Part shown: one piece after another, positions 10,312 through 21,776 of the stretch | Position numbering within the stretch: the first letter of the stretch is position 1 | How the letters are laid out: each line of letters begins with the position of its first letter | The notes under the pieces: generated by a model | Told to the model about the DNA's origin: nothing | What the model saw: the letters and a program-made list of their open reading frames with translations, nothing else | The model's database searches: none | Source: Macrostomum lignano | Lineage: Eukaryota | Assembly (NCBI GenBank): GCA_002269645.1 | Contig: NIVC01004962.1 | Coordinates: 1-30,016, forward strand | Reading direction: 5' to 3' | DNA length: 30,016 nucleotides | Made by a program: the position numbers and the translations under genes

Positions 10312-11573
10312 TCACGACTTGAGCAAAATTAAATCGATCTTCTGCTCAGAGAAGTACTCCTGTCCCGGAACTCCAACCCAGCTCGAGCCGCTCTTCCGCA
10401 TGTCGTGAACGGCGTACACAGTTGGTGACGAGTCAGTGACAGGGTTGTAATTGGTGATGTTTGAGCACAGCTGCGTCAGGTTCTTCACCGTTCTGAGAAG
10501 CTGCATGCTGGGGTCTTTGGTGTCGTTCAGTTTCCTGCAGCAATCACCCATCATATACAGTCGGAAGTCTCGAAAAGTCTTCGAAACGCCGCTCAACGAG
10601 TTGTTCTCGTACGGATAGAAGCTGAACGATGGCGGCACGTACACCGCTTCCATCGAGTCGTTTGTCAGCGGATGCTTGACATTGTACTGCTCCAAGATTC
10701 TCGTCAGTCCAACTGGTCCACCAAAGTCGAGAACGTCCGAATTCGGCTGAATGAGAGACAGCTGGTCGAGCACGAACCTGTAGAACTTGTGCCCTGGTGC
10801 CGACATGAGGAAGGCGGGATTGGCCAAGGGTTTTATGGGCCAGTGAGGCCCGAACAACTGCAGCGAGTGAGGCTCCGGCTCGCGAGTGACCACCGCGTAG
10901 AAGCGACGAAACTCGTCCAGGTTTCGCGTCAGGCTGTAGTTCAGGTCCGCGTAGGTGCCGCCGAGCTGCGGGATTGGAAAGGTTGTTTGCTCTGACATTG
11001 AAGCTTTTTTAATTCTTTGCAATAATCTTTCGTTAAGATCGCGATTAGCAAGATTTTTTTAGCGTTTTTTAATTAAAAACAATGGTCAAACCCTGAAAAG
11101 CAGCATGTAGCGAATCATGTCAATTTTCATGATTTTCTTCTTCAGTGACCTGAACTTGTCCAGCAGTTCGGAGAAGTTCGCCGCCACGAATGGCTTCAGG
11201 TCCTGGTCGCGCCACAGCACGTAGGTCCAGTCGGATGAATTCTTTGCCAGGATTTCAGGTGCTCTGCAAAGTATTTCGAGACGGAGTCACTGCGCCAGAG
11301 GATGTGCCGAATTTTCGGTATCGGGAAGCCATCGCGGGAAGCCATGCGCTTATTGCACCGACGGCAACTCTCGTTGGCGCAAACGGTTGACGACGTTCGT
11401 AAATCCCTTGCTTTGATGGAACTCCAGTCGATCAGGAAGGTGAAGGTAGACGAAGTCGAAGGCAGTAAGAGTACAAAACTGGCATAGCCAATTAAAAGAA
11501 AGAATGCCATTACAATCGCTGCTTTCCATTTTTTGAACGGTGCTTTCGGTGTTGGCAGTGCGGAAATGTTCAT
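10312..11573 (-). CDS. GT32/DXD-family (OCH1/SUR1/A4GALT-like) glycosyltransferase, type II membrane; exons 11573-11092 and 10965-10312; one -1 indel at about 11233; about 378 aa
   Basis: TM segment AAIVMAFFLLIGYASFVLLL; motifs IPKIRHILW, SW..IHP(D)WTYVLW, KIDMIRYMLLFR|LGGTYADLN, PGHKF, GGPVGLT, YAVH...SSW. A phase-0 GT-AG intron spans 11091-10966. Confidence 0.88.
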
Positions 11574-11933
11574 AATCACAGTGAAGCAGAACGGCGAATG
11601 GGTCTGATAGTGAAAGTTTGATTCGTCTTGTTTTAAAAATGGAGTTACATTATCATCAAATTTACTGATTTCTGTGAATTGACTATCTTATACCTTTGAA
11701 CTGTACCGCCTTGTGCGTTTGGCTGCTAAATTTTAGCTTACCATTCTAGACCCTCCCCTTCACTGAGCTGATCGTTTACTATAATACGTACAGTACTTCT
11801 TCGCAAGGTACATCGTTTGTCTACTCAGTTCAATAATACAATATAGAGGGACAACGCGTGAGTTTAGAAACGCTGTATACGACTTGCGGCTCAAGCCAAT
11901 TCAATCGCTTCGTCTTAATTTCAATTCATCACA

Positions 11934-12065
11934 ATGATGATGCGGACTTTTGGCCAAATTCCAGAACTTTCTGCTGAATCAGACCTTGAAATCTACACTG
12001 AGCGCATGAACCAATATTTCATATACTCAGCAACATTCAAAAGTTCCACCCACCAAGCGAGATGA
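11934..12065 (+). mobile_element. N-terminal fragment of a Mag-type Gypsy gag
   Basis: Translates to MRTFGQIPELSAESDLEIYTERMNQYF, resembling the G.I.EF......W..Y.ER..QYF start of Mag gag proteins. Confidence 0.5.
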
Positions 12066-12218
12066 AAATTTTCTCACTTATTGCGACAAATTCTCACTCG
12101 CAATTCAACCCTCAAGTTACGTAACTAAGCCGCCGCGAGGAAGGGAAAGCTGATTAAATCAATAATAAACGTTTTTTTTATGCAAAATTCAGTTAGAATC
12201 GCGATGATTAATACGCTC

Positions 12219-12530
12219 GTAACGAGTCTGGGACTCCCTCACACGCAGAAGTGTTGCGACTCTGCGGGGCATCCCCAGGATAAGGCGGCGCAGAAAGTCC
12301 TTGGGAAGCTGTTGCCAAGCATTTCCAATGGCATGACGCAGCTCCGAAACATTGTGTGGTGGATTCCTTTCCGAATGCTGTGTTTTAGGAGGTCCCAGAC
12401 ATGCTCGATGGGACTCATGTCTGGAGAGCGGGAAGGCCAGCGCGAGTGCGCAGCTGTAGCTGTTCTTTCGGTTGACTAACATCACCGGCTTGGTGTGACG
12501 GCGCGTTGTACGAGTAATCCTGGACCATTA
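12219..12530 (-). mobile_element. Degenerate Tc1/mariner transposase C-terminal fragment
   Basis: QD..NAPSH, WPSRSPDMSPIEHVWDLLK and EL..AI..AWQQLP..FL.RLI.GMPRRV....TRY across frameshifts. Confidence 0.88.
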
Positions 12531-12639
12531 AGCAGACTCAAGCCCCCCCCCCAAGAGGCAATAAGCTTTGCACGTGCGAAAGTTGCGTCACTCGCAATGA
12601 ATGAAAGAAATAATCTCGCTTGAAGGGTGGAACTTTTGA

Positions 12640-13562
12640 CCGTTGCTGAGTATTTGCAACAAAGTTGAGACTGCCGAGGCCAAGCGTGCTATCTTTCTTA
12701 CTGCCATTGGTGAGAATGAGAAGCGACACTTTCCGCTTTAAGCTACTCGAGAGTTTGGATCATTCGTACGCTGGGCTGATCAAACTGGCCTTGGACCTCG
12801 AAGCTGCTCACAAATCTTCAAGCGAGATGGCGCACACTTCAGCAACCAATCGAGTCAGCGCGAATCCATCAGTGGCGCGCCCGAGAGCACAGTACAACAT
12901 CAGCCAACACTCTGGTCCCGCTGGATCAGCATCCAAGCCAGGCACCTGCGACAGCTGTGGAGGTCCACATTCGCGTCAGAACTGTAAATTCCGTAATTCG
13001 AAATGCCATGCTTGCGGGGAGGTTGGCCACATTAAGAAGGTTTGCAGGTCAGCAAAATCTGTGAAACTCCTGGAGGAGAATGAAACCGGGTCTCAGTACG
13101 ACGAGGAAAACTACGAGGAAGAGCCAATATTTCATGTCTCAATGACTTCCAAGTCCCCGATTCTGGTGCCTCTACAAGTCGAGGAAGGCAATCTCATTTT
13201 TAGCTGGACACATGATCTGCTGTAAGTCTCGTTCCCAAGGCATTCTATGATAGCCATCTGTCTCATCTGCGACTGCATCCGTCCAAGACGACTCTGCGAA
13301 CCTACACGGACCAGGAGTTCTCTCCGATCGGAGAAGTAACTGTGAAGGTCACTTACGAAGGGCAGGTAGCTTCTCTGCCGCTACTCGTGGTGTCTGAAGG
13401 CAGCGCTCGACTCCTGGGACGCAACTGGCTAACCGTCATCCGCCTAGACTGGCCTCGCTTGACAGCACCCGTCAACTCGTTGATCGCAGCACCTAACGAT
13501 ATGGCAACTGAGCTGGTCCGTCAGTTTTCGGATGTCTTCGCCGAATGTCTCGGTAAGTATCG
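12640..13562 (+). mobile_element. Degenerate Ty3/Gypsy (Mag-like) gag-protease, truncated before RT
   Basis: KRAIFLTAIG; two knuckles CDSCGGPHSRQNC and CHACGEVGHIKKVC; protease LDT*SAVS (GGA to TGA) and LLGRNWL; FSDVF..LGKY. Frameshifts present. Confidence 0.88.
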
Positions 13563-14102
13563 CCTCAGTGGGATAGGTGCATCGGGCAATGGTTCACCAG
13601 CAACCGATTGAGCTGAGACGCCTGTCTCCAGCTGCAGCAATCGGACAGACAGGCGGACTGGAAGCCCCAGCTGCCGTACTCCAACTGATGCAGCCTGCCG
13701 CTGTCTATAGCCAAGAGTCGGCCGGGTCTGAGACAAACCACTTCTGCCCACCGATTCAGCGGCTCAGCCTGGCGGCTCAAGCGGAACCGGCTGATCACAC
13801 AGGTGCCAGACGGTAATGATTTATGATCAGTACTGATTTTTTGAGCATAGCAACAAGACTTCGCAGTTGTCAGCCGACAGCAATTGGCATAGCAACAATC
13901 GGTCCTTGAGTCTGAACTCGCACCAAATCAGACAGCAGTCAGCAATGTGCTGCTCACTGCTGAATTCTTAGCAATAAATATTAATAACTGTGTCCGGCAC
14001 TGACTGGACTTCAGCTGGGGCAGTCAGGCAGCAGTGGATTTGATGGCAGCGGCAGCACAGCCAGGCAGTGCTGGACACGAATCCCGCAATTTTTACACCT
14101 CT

Positions 14103-14292
14103 GTGCCTGCTGGGATCGCCTTGGATGCCACCGGCTCTGCTCGACACCACACCGCTGATCTGGCAGTGCCTGCTGGGATCGCCTTGGATGCCACCGGCTC
14201 TGCTCGACACCGCACAGCTGATCTGGCAGTGCCTGCTGGGATCGCCTTGGATGCCAGCGGCTCTGCTCGACACCGCACAGCTGATCTGGCAG
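14103..14292. repeat. 63-bp tandem repeat, three copies
   Basis: GTGCCTGCTGGGATCGCC starts at 14103, 14166 and 14229. Confidence 0.92.
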
Positions 14293-14496
14293 TTCAGCAG
14301 CCTTAGCTCAACGAAGCAGCAGCTCGCATCCAGCAGCACCGCCTCTCCATCGCCCACGAGCCAGCTGAGTCCGCTTGAGGATTAAGAGATGACCGTAGAA
14401 GCTGTTGGGATAAAATCCCCGCTGCTGCCACCTAACCAGGGAAGAGCGTCTGCGGATGGGTGGCGCAAATGGTGGATTGTTAATTATGGAAGAATA

Positions 14497-15410
14497 ATCT
14501 GGGGATCCTGTATTGTGGTAGCTTAATATGGGGATCTGGTATTGTTGTTGCTTAAGCTGGGGATCTGGTATTGTTGTTGCTTAAGCTGGGGATCTGGTAT
14601 TGTTGTTGCTTAAGCTGGGGATCTGGTATTGTTTTTGCTTAAGCTGAGGATCTGGTATTGTTGTTGCTTAAGCTGGGGATCTGGTATTGTTGTTGCTTAA
14701 GCTGGGGATCTGGTATTGTTGTTGCTTAATCTGGGGATCTGGTATTGTTGTTGCTTAATATGGGGATCTGGTATTGTGGTAGCTTAATATGGGGATCTGG
14801 TATTGTGGTAGCTTAATATGGGGATCTGGTATTGTTGTTGCTTAATCTGGGGATCTGGTATTGTGGTAGCTTAATCTGGGGATCTGGTATTGTGGTAGCT
14901 TAAATTGGGGATCTGAGAGGCTGGTAGCTTAATCTGGGGATCTGGGAGGCTGGTAGCTTAATATGGGGATCTGGTATTGTGGTAGCTTAATCTGGGGATC
15001 TGGGAGGCTGGCAGCTTAATTTGTGGGATCTGGGAGGCTGGTAGCTTAATCTGGGGATCTGGGAGGCTGGTAGCTTAATATGGGGATCTGGTATTGTGAT
15101 AGCTTAATCTGGGGATCTGGGAGGCTAGCAGCTTAATCTGTGGGATCTGGGAGGCTGGTAGCTTAATATGGGGATCTGGTATTGTGGTAGCTTAATCTAT
15201 AACCCAAAAAATTGTATTTATTGCCGTTCTCACTCGTTTTTCGCTCAAAATATACCTAGCTTGAAGATGCACAGTTTCGTGCGAGACGCGTCGCTATAAA
15301 TTTTGATTATCGCTGGTAGCTTAATCTGGGGATCTGAGAAGCTGGTAGCTTAATCTGGGGATCTGAGCGGCTGGTAGCTTAATCTGGGGATCTGAGAGGC
15401 TGGTAGCTTA
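14497..15410. repeat. 29-bp minisatellite AGCTTAATCTGGGGATCTGGTATTGTGGT with GGGAGGCTGGT variant; interrupted at about 15198-15313
   Basis: Direct tandem repetition. Confidence 0.95.
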
Positions 15411-15508
15411 TGATGTGTTCCTTATTACCAGACCTTCTTTGTAATCAAGGAACAATCACTTCTAGCGATTGTTAGGCAATTCAGTTATCAAGTCAAAGTA
15501 CTGCTTAC

Positions 15509-16165
15509 CTTGACTTCAGATGAGAGATCTCTTCAGTTTTTCTCGTCACTGGCCTCAGTTGATCGCTAGATCAGGATCCTTGATTCTTTTGCAATTCTGG
15601 TCCTGGTTCTTCTTGTACTGCCGATGAAGTGTTTCCGGCCGGTATCTGCAGTCAGGACCAATCGGAGGCCTCGTATCAACAATGGGTACCCTGCGCCAAA
15701 CTGCGGTTTCGCTTAAGCCTTCTCCCTCTAGCAGTGCCTCAATGCACTCTAGCTATTGCTCCGGTAATCGCTGATAGTTCTTCTAAGAACAGGCGAAACA
15801 GGATTCTGCATCAATGTCGACAGGTTCAGCCTGTCCATTGCCATGGTAACTAACAGGCACTGTAGCCTGGAATCCGGGGCTAGTTTTATCCTGAATGGTG
15901 ACATCATTATTGGCGCATTTGATTTCAAACAAATCGCCGCTGGTGTCCATTGGGATCATGACGTCATCAGTTACTGGATCGATTGCGTCATTCTCCTGAT
16001 CAGATTTTGAAGTGGCCGCATCGGCGGAGGCTGCGGTGGCTGCCGCTGCGTGTCCTTCGCTTCTTTCTGAAAGCCGTCGCTTTTTATGCAGCTCTTTGGT
16101 CAATTGCCCGAGCTGAGCGGCCAGAGCGTCTTTGGCTGCTGCCGCTGCTGCCACAGGTGTTGGCA
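15509..16165 (-). pseudogene. Possible exon of an unknown gene, disrupted by stops or indels
   Basis: Acceptor-like AATAAG| at 16166 and donor |GTAAGC at 15508. The Ala-rich ORF continues in frame (LECIEALLEGEG...) after two TAG codons. No family recognised. Confidence 0.3.
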
Positions 16166-17037
16166 CTTATTTAGCAGTGGAAAAATTTCTTGAGAATTTC
16201 TTTTCTCGCTTGTCAATTTGTGTACTGAACACAAAAACAGTATTTTTATTAAATTATCAAATCTTACCCATGGGGAAAAATAGCGTGGTCTTTCTACTGT
16301 TAACTGGTTAGTGCAGATGCAGGAATGTTTTTATCAAATATATTATATGCTACTTAAAGTAGGCAAAATGAGCGACTGGAGATTTTCATAAAAAATTCTT
16401 TTCTGCTAAAAGTAAGTAACTGAAAGCAAATTGCAGAAATCCTGATTTACCCTTGCCCATTTGCAGGAGTCACCACCAAAAACTAATATTTTGAGTAGCC
16501 GATCCATTAGATCGATTTGCTTCCGCTAATCCCCAAGGCACCTGCAACAGATTCTAGTCGATGTGTCTGAAGAGATTCAATTAAACCTGAAGAGATTATC
16601 CCCTTTTTGCAGAGTTTTATCCTCGGAGGGCAGAACTAACGGAATTTAAGCGGTATTATTTCAGCTAAAACTCGTATGTAATTTAAATTTCGATAGCTTG
16701 CTCAAATGAGGACGAGCTGATGATCCGTGCTTGCACTGGCAGGACCCTGAGGCGCACTCTAACTCCGACTGAAATCCGATCAGAATAGTTGCCATGGAAA
16801 CGGAACAATCTACATTAGATGGACATGGTAATGCAAAAGGTTTTGACTGTAATGCAGCTTTATTGTCGATCAATGATTGACAAGAGGTTGTTATGCTTGT
16901 ACAGCAGTGAGACTCCTACCCGTTCGTCTCTTTTAAACCGTTTCATGTTTCCATCAAAGCGCTTAGTGGCTGCATTTCTGATCCCGAAAAGTTGTTTTTT
17001 TTTCCCAAAGCCGGCCTATATGTAGCTAGATCCCATG

Positions 17038-18600
17038 CAGGGGCGTCGCCACCTGGGGGTACAGGGGGATCTGTCTCCCCCCTCCCAATAAAAGCTATAA
17101 TTGGACATGCCAATACAATGTCTCCCCCGCCCAACCTTGGGATCCATTATGGAAATCAATAATTTTGCTTCAGGGCGCCAGTATATAGCGACTTCAGCGC
17201 TAAAATCAGTGCCTGCCTCTAGCGCCAAAATGAGTGCCTGCGGCGCCAAAATGAGTGCGTGCGGCGCCAAAATGAGTGCCTGCGGCGCCAAAATGAGTGC
17301 CTGCGGCGCCAAAATGAGTGCCTGCGGTGTCAAATTGAGTGCCTGTGGTGCCAAAATGCAGTGCAAAAATGAGTGCCTGCGGCGCCAAAATGAGTGCCTG
17401 TGGCGCCAAAATGAGTGCGTGCGGCGTTAAAATGAGTGCCTGCGGCGCCAAAATGAGTGCCTGCGGTGTCAAATTGAGTGCCTGTGGTGCCAAAATGCAG
17501 TGCCAAAATGAGTGCCTGCGGCGCCAAAATGAGTGCCTGCGGCGCCAAAATGAGTGCGTGCGGCGCCAAAATGAGTGCCTGCGGCGCCAAAATGAGTGCC
17601 TGCGGTGTCAAATTGAGTGCCTGTGGTGCCAAAATGCAGTGCCAAAATGAGTGCCTGCGGCGCCAAAATGAGTGCCTGCGGCGCCAAAATGAGTGCCTGC
17701 GGTGTCAAATTGAGTGCCTGTGGTGCCAAAATGCAGTGCCAAAATGAGTGCCTGCGGCGCCAAAATGAGTGCCTGCGGCGCCAAAATGAGTGACTGTGGC
17801 GCCAAAATCAGTGACTGCCGTGCCAAAATGCAGTGCCAAAATGCAGTGCCAAAATGAGTGCTTGTAGAGCGAAAATGAGTGCCTGCGGCGCCAAAATGAG
17901 TGCCTGCGGCGCCAAAATGAGTGCCTGCGGCGCCAAAATGAGTGACTGCGGTGCCAAAATGCAGTGCCAAAATGAGTGCTTGAAGAGCGAAAATGAGTGC
18001 GTGCGGCGCCAAAATGAGTGCCTGCGGCGCCAAAATGAGTGCCTGCGGCGCCAAATTGAGTGCCTGCGGTGCCAAAATGCAGTGCAAAAATGAGTGCTTG
18101 TAGAGAGAAAATGAGTGCCTGCGGCGCCAAAATGAGTACCTGCGGCGCCAAAATGAGTGCCTGCGGTGCCAAAATGCAGTGCCAAAATGAGTGCTTGTAG
18201 AGCGAAAATGAGTGCCTGCGGCGCCAAAATCAGAGCCTGCGGCGCCAAAATGAGTGCCTGCGGCGCCAAATTGAGTGCCTGCGGTGCCAAAATGCAGTGC
18301 AAAAATGAGTGCTTGTAGAGAGAAAATGAGTGCCTGCGGCGCCAAAATGAGTACCTGCGGCGCCAAAATGAGTGCCTGCGGTGCCAAAATGCAGTGCCAA
18401 AATGAGTGCTTGTAGAGCGAAAATGAGTGCCTGCGGCGCCAAAATCAGAGCCTGCGGCGCCAAAATGAGTGTTTGCGGCGCCAAAATGAGTGTTTGCGGC
18501 GCCAAAATGAGTGCTATTACAACACCAATTCTCAAAACATTGTGCATGTAAAATTTTTGGCTTTGTCCCCTCCCACCATAAAATCCATGACGTGCCCCTG
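17038..18600 (+). mobile_element. Non-autonomous hAT-like DNA transposon, 1563 bp, with 8-bp TSD ATCCCATG and short imperfect TIR starting CAGGGGC
   Basis: ATCCCATG at 17030-17037 and 18601-18608. The left end is CAGGGGCGTCGCCA and the right end is TGACGTGCCCCTG. An 8-bp TSD with CAG termini is typical of hAT elements. Confidence 0.88.
17205..18510 (+). repeat. 21-bp minisatellite AAAATGAGTGCCTGCGGCGCC with a 13-bp short unit and higher-order blocks
   Basis: Direct repetition; variant blocks recur at 139, 139 and 97 bp spacing. Confidence 0.97.
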
Positions 18601-19370
18601 ATCCCATGCATTGCTTTGCTTGCCTTGCATATAAGATAGCCAACTTTATTTAACAAATTTACCGCTAAACTAATTCATATTTGCTCAGTCCTCATCTCTG
18701 TTATCCAAGCATGTTTTACTTGCTCGATCAAGTCCTATCGCCATTACGTGCACTTTAACAGCCGCTTAACTACCAGTCCCAGCCTCTCTCTCGTTGTCAT
18801 TCATCCTGTTAGCCAAGCTCGCAGAACACTCCAACTCCCAATTTCCTATAGTCGCCCCCCCTTCCACGTCAATCGGTTTCCACCGATTTCAAGCCTGTTA
18901 GCTCGTAAAAGTCCTCTCTGACCCTCCCCGCATCGCTAGCCAGCCTGAGCTGCAGTGGGGTTGGCAGGCAGGACCATGCAGTCTGCTTTGGCTTGGGGAG
19001 AGACGTAGACCAATGCTTGTGTTTCTCCTATGATGTGACTGGGCTATGCTGTACGCTCAGGTGAGAGAAACCCGACCCGTAGCATAACTATTAGTTGCTA
19101 GAGTGCCCCACCTCCCCTCTGTCTGAAGCCAATCTCCGGCTCTCTCATTTCCTATTCTTCGTTCCATCTCTTCCCCCCCCCCGCAATGTCTCAAACTACC
19201 TCCACCCCGAACGTCGCCATTCGTTCGCCATACATCTGTTTCTTTCAAATGAAGCTAGATATAGCTACCACAGCTCCCAATTTTGGCTATGCAATTAAAA
19301 GAAACAATGCCGTATTTTGGAATAAATTTTTCACGAAATCAGTAGGTATTCTAGTAGCGCCGGACAACAA

Positions 19371-20761
19371 ATGACTTCAGTGAGTCCAAGCATCACAGCA
19401 GAGCAACTGTCTAGCCAATTACGCCAGCTGAGCAAATGGCTTGCTCAGTGCAAACTGCTCACTAGGTACATAAGCAGTAGTCTGCAAAGCGGATCTGAAG
19501 CCAACATTCGAGGCGCTTCTCAACAGGTGAATGAGAAAATGTCTCCAAATGGTAACCATGTCTTGTATCTCTTTATGCTGGGAGGCTGCAAGCATGGACT
19601 ACTCAATGACTAGGGACGGGAAACTGCAAGAATTGGAGGCCGATTTATTAATAACTTAGTCCTCGGAAAAGTCTAGTTTCAATAGGTTTCTACCACAGAC
19701 GCAAAGTCACTGACTACAAGGTAAAACCTATCTACGCTCGTAAGTAATGCTTTTCGAGGACTAAGCTATTATTAAAAGATCAGCCTCCAACTTCTGTAGG
19801 TAGTTTCCCGTCCGGAGTATTGAGAAGTCCCTGGCTGCAAGATTGTCACTAGAGAGCTGGGGCCAACGCAGGCCAACCCCCTAAGGCACACAGAGATTAG
19901 AATGTCAGGTCCGCTGTACATAATGTGTGAGCGTGTGTATGAGTGCACGCGTGCCTGCGTACAGTATTAGCGCATTTGGATGTGCTCAGAAGTCTGTGAA
20001 ATGTCAGTAAATCTTGACGCAGTGAAAGCGCACTACCTTATATCCTACAACACGCGTTAGGATACAGTTCACATAAATTTTAGCAACTTTAATTCACTGA
20101 ACAGGTGGCAGAGGTCTGGTCTCGCCTGCTCGCAGCCCTGAATGTCACAGCGGACAATGCCCTGCCAACAGTGCAAGCCCAGCAGCAGCTGCAGCAGCGC
20201 CGGGCTCAAAGCAGCGATGCCGATGGAGATGGCGAGTCGTCCGCTTGGCGCGACTGGGAGGCGAGATTTGCAACTCTGCTGCAGCTGGCCGAGTCCACTG
20301 GAGACAACATGCAGCGAGCTCTCGCACTGATGGAGCTGGGGCCTAAAAGGCCTGTTCAGACTGGTCTCGGACCAGCTGATCGAAGGTTCTTCAACGTGAC
20401 GATGAGCGGCAATGCTGCAAAGCAGAGATGCGCCATCGCTGCTGCAGCCCTGCCCGGTGAAGTCACACCTGCTGACGAGCCAGCAAGCTCGGGAGCTTCT
20501 GCCACTGCCGACCCGTCCGAAGCGATAGCTCGACAGCTTCGTCGAGACGTTCAAGCCTGCCGACGACTGGTGGACAGACTGCAGTCCGGAGTTCGAGTCG
20601 CGCATTGGACAGTTCAGCACGACTGCGATCTGGATTCGATCGCGAGAGAGAATGGAGAGCTGGACGATGATGACGACTGGGAGACTTTGGTTCTCGCTAA
20701 TGAATCTGCCGCTGCTTCTGCTGGAGGCAAAGCCAAATCCTGTCTGTGCATACCTTGCTAG
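19371..20761 (+). CDS. Putative two-exon orphan helical/coiled-coil protein (19371-19526, 20105-20761), 270 aa, ending KSCLCIPC
   Basis: Phase-0 CAG|GTGAAT donor and ACAG|GTG acceptor join in frame; the second exon is an open 218-codon frame. The true start may lie further upstream. Confidence 0.6.
19872..19962 (+). mobile_element. Degenerate fragment of the family B SINE body, intronic
   Basis: GCCAACCCCCTAAGGC, CCGCTGTACA..TGTGTGAG and GTGCCTGCGTAC match the minus strand of 21900-22015. Confidence 0.55.
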
Positions 20762-21776
20762 CGTTGTATGCACACAGTATTGCAGAATTGAAGTAGTGCG
20801 CATGGTTTTCTGTAACTGCTCCGATGATAAACTAGACATTGAACGTCTCTTTTGACATTGCAGAAGTTTCGTTGTCTAAAAGATGCACCTAATCCTAAAA
20901 AATGCGCCTAATTGTCTGCAGAGATTTTACAAGCGAATACACTATATCCCAATTCGTAAAATTTCCTCTTTCGTTTGCTGTGTCTTCTATGCCTAAACAG
21001 GCATTGAGAAATGCTTTGTTCTAAATGTAAATGAAACGTTTCTCAAATGCGAAGACCACTGCGACTATATTTTTATATGACGTAAGTACAATACATTCCA
21101 TGAGAAGTTAAGCTGTGTTAAGAATACTCTTAGTTAATAACCCAATTCGTTGCAAGATTGATTTACTTTTCCTCAATACATTCAGACAGAGCAGGAGTAC
21201 TGCATGTACCGGTATGGGAAATATGTGGCTCGTGTATCAGACTCCGAATAAGCAAAAAAATCCGAAGAAGCATTCGTGCAGTTTTCTGTCGATATTGGTC
21301 GAGAATGTTGATTGAGATATGCGTCGAAGAAAACTGAAAACCGTAGAGATCTCTGCCTTGCTCTAAACTCGGAGGCTTTTCCCTGGCCTACCCCAATCTG
21401 CTACCTCCTGAGTACACGCAGCCTACCATCCCGGATGCAGATGCTTCTCTTACCAGTCTTTTGTTCCCCTTTTTCTGCAGAGTTATCGATTGTTCTGCAT
21501 TCTCCATGACTGGTTGCTATATCTGTTCTGTTTAACTTACACCCTTATCCATCCTTGCCATTGTCTAGCATTGCAGATTTATTCAAATATTCATGCCTCT
21601 GCTAGACCATGAGTACAATTGGCGTAGCATAGCAACCCAGGATATCAATTTTCAGCTGTACAGAAAATGCACTTTTCAACCACGCCAAGTTTGGACTGAG
21701 TTTGAAATAATTTGTTTCGGCATCGTATGGATTATTACGCTGCCTCACCCCGCGTAGTTGTGAAATGATGTTATTT

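Noticed and set aside
3648-11573. Bacterial contamination or operon for the FkbM and GT32 genes
   Set aside because: Both have spliceosomal-type introns and type II anchors, lie on opposite strands, and sit among SINEs and minisatellites.
12581-12597. Exact 17-bp inverted match to 27291-27307 containing TGACGCAA
   Set aside because: The match does not extend, and a single match of this length in 30 kb is only marginally unexpected.
14400-14500. Possible polypurine tract and LTR start (AGGGAAGAG) for the Gypsy relic
   Set aside because: No matching second LTR or PBS could be identified.
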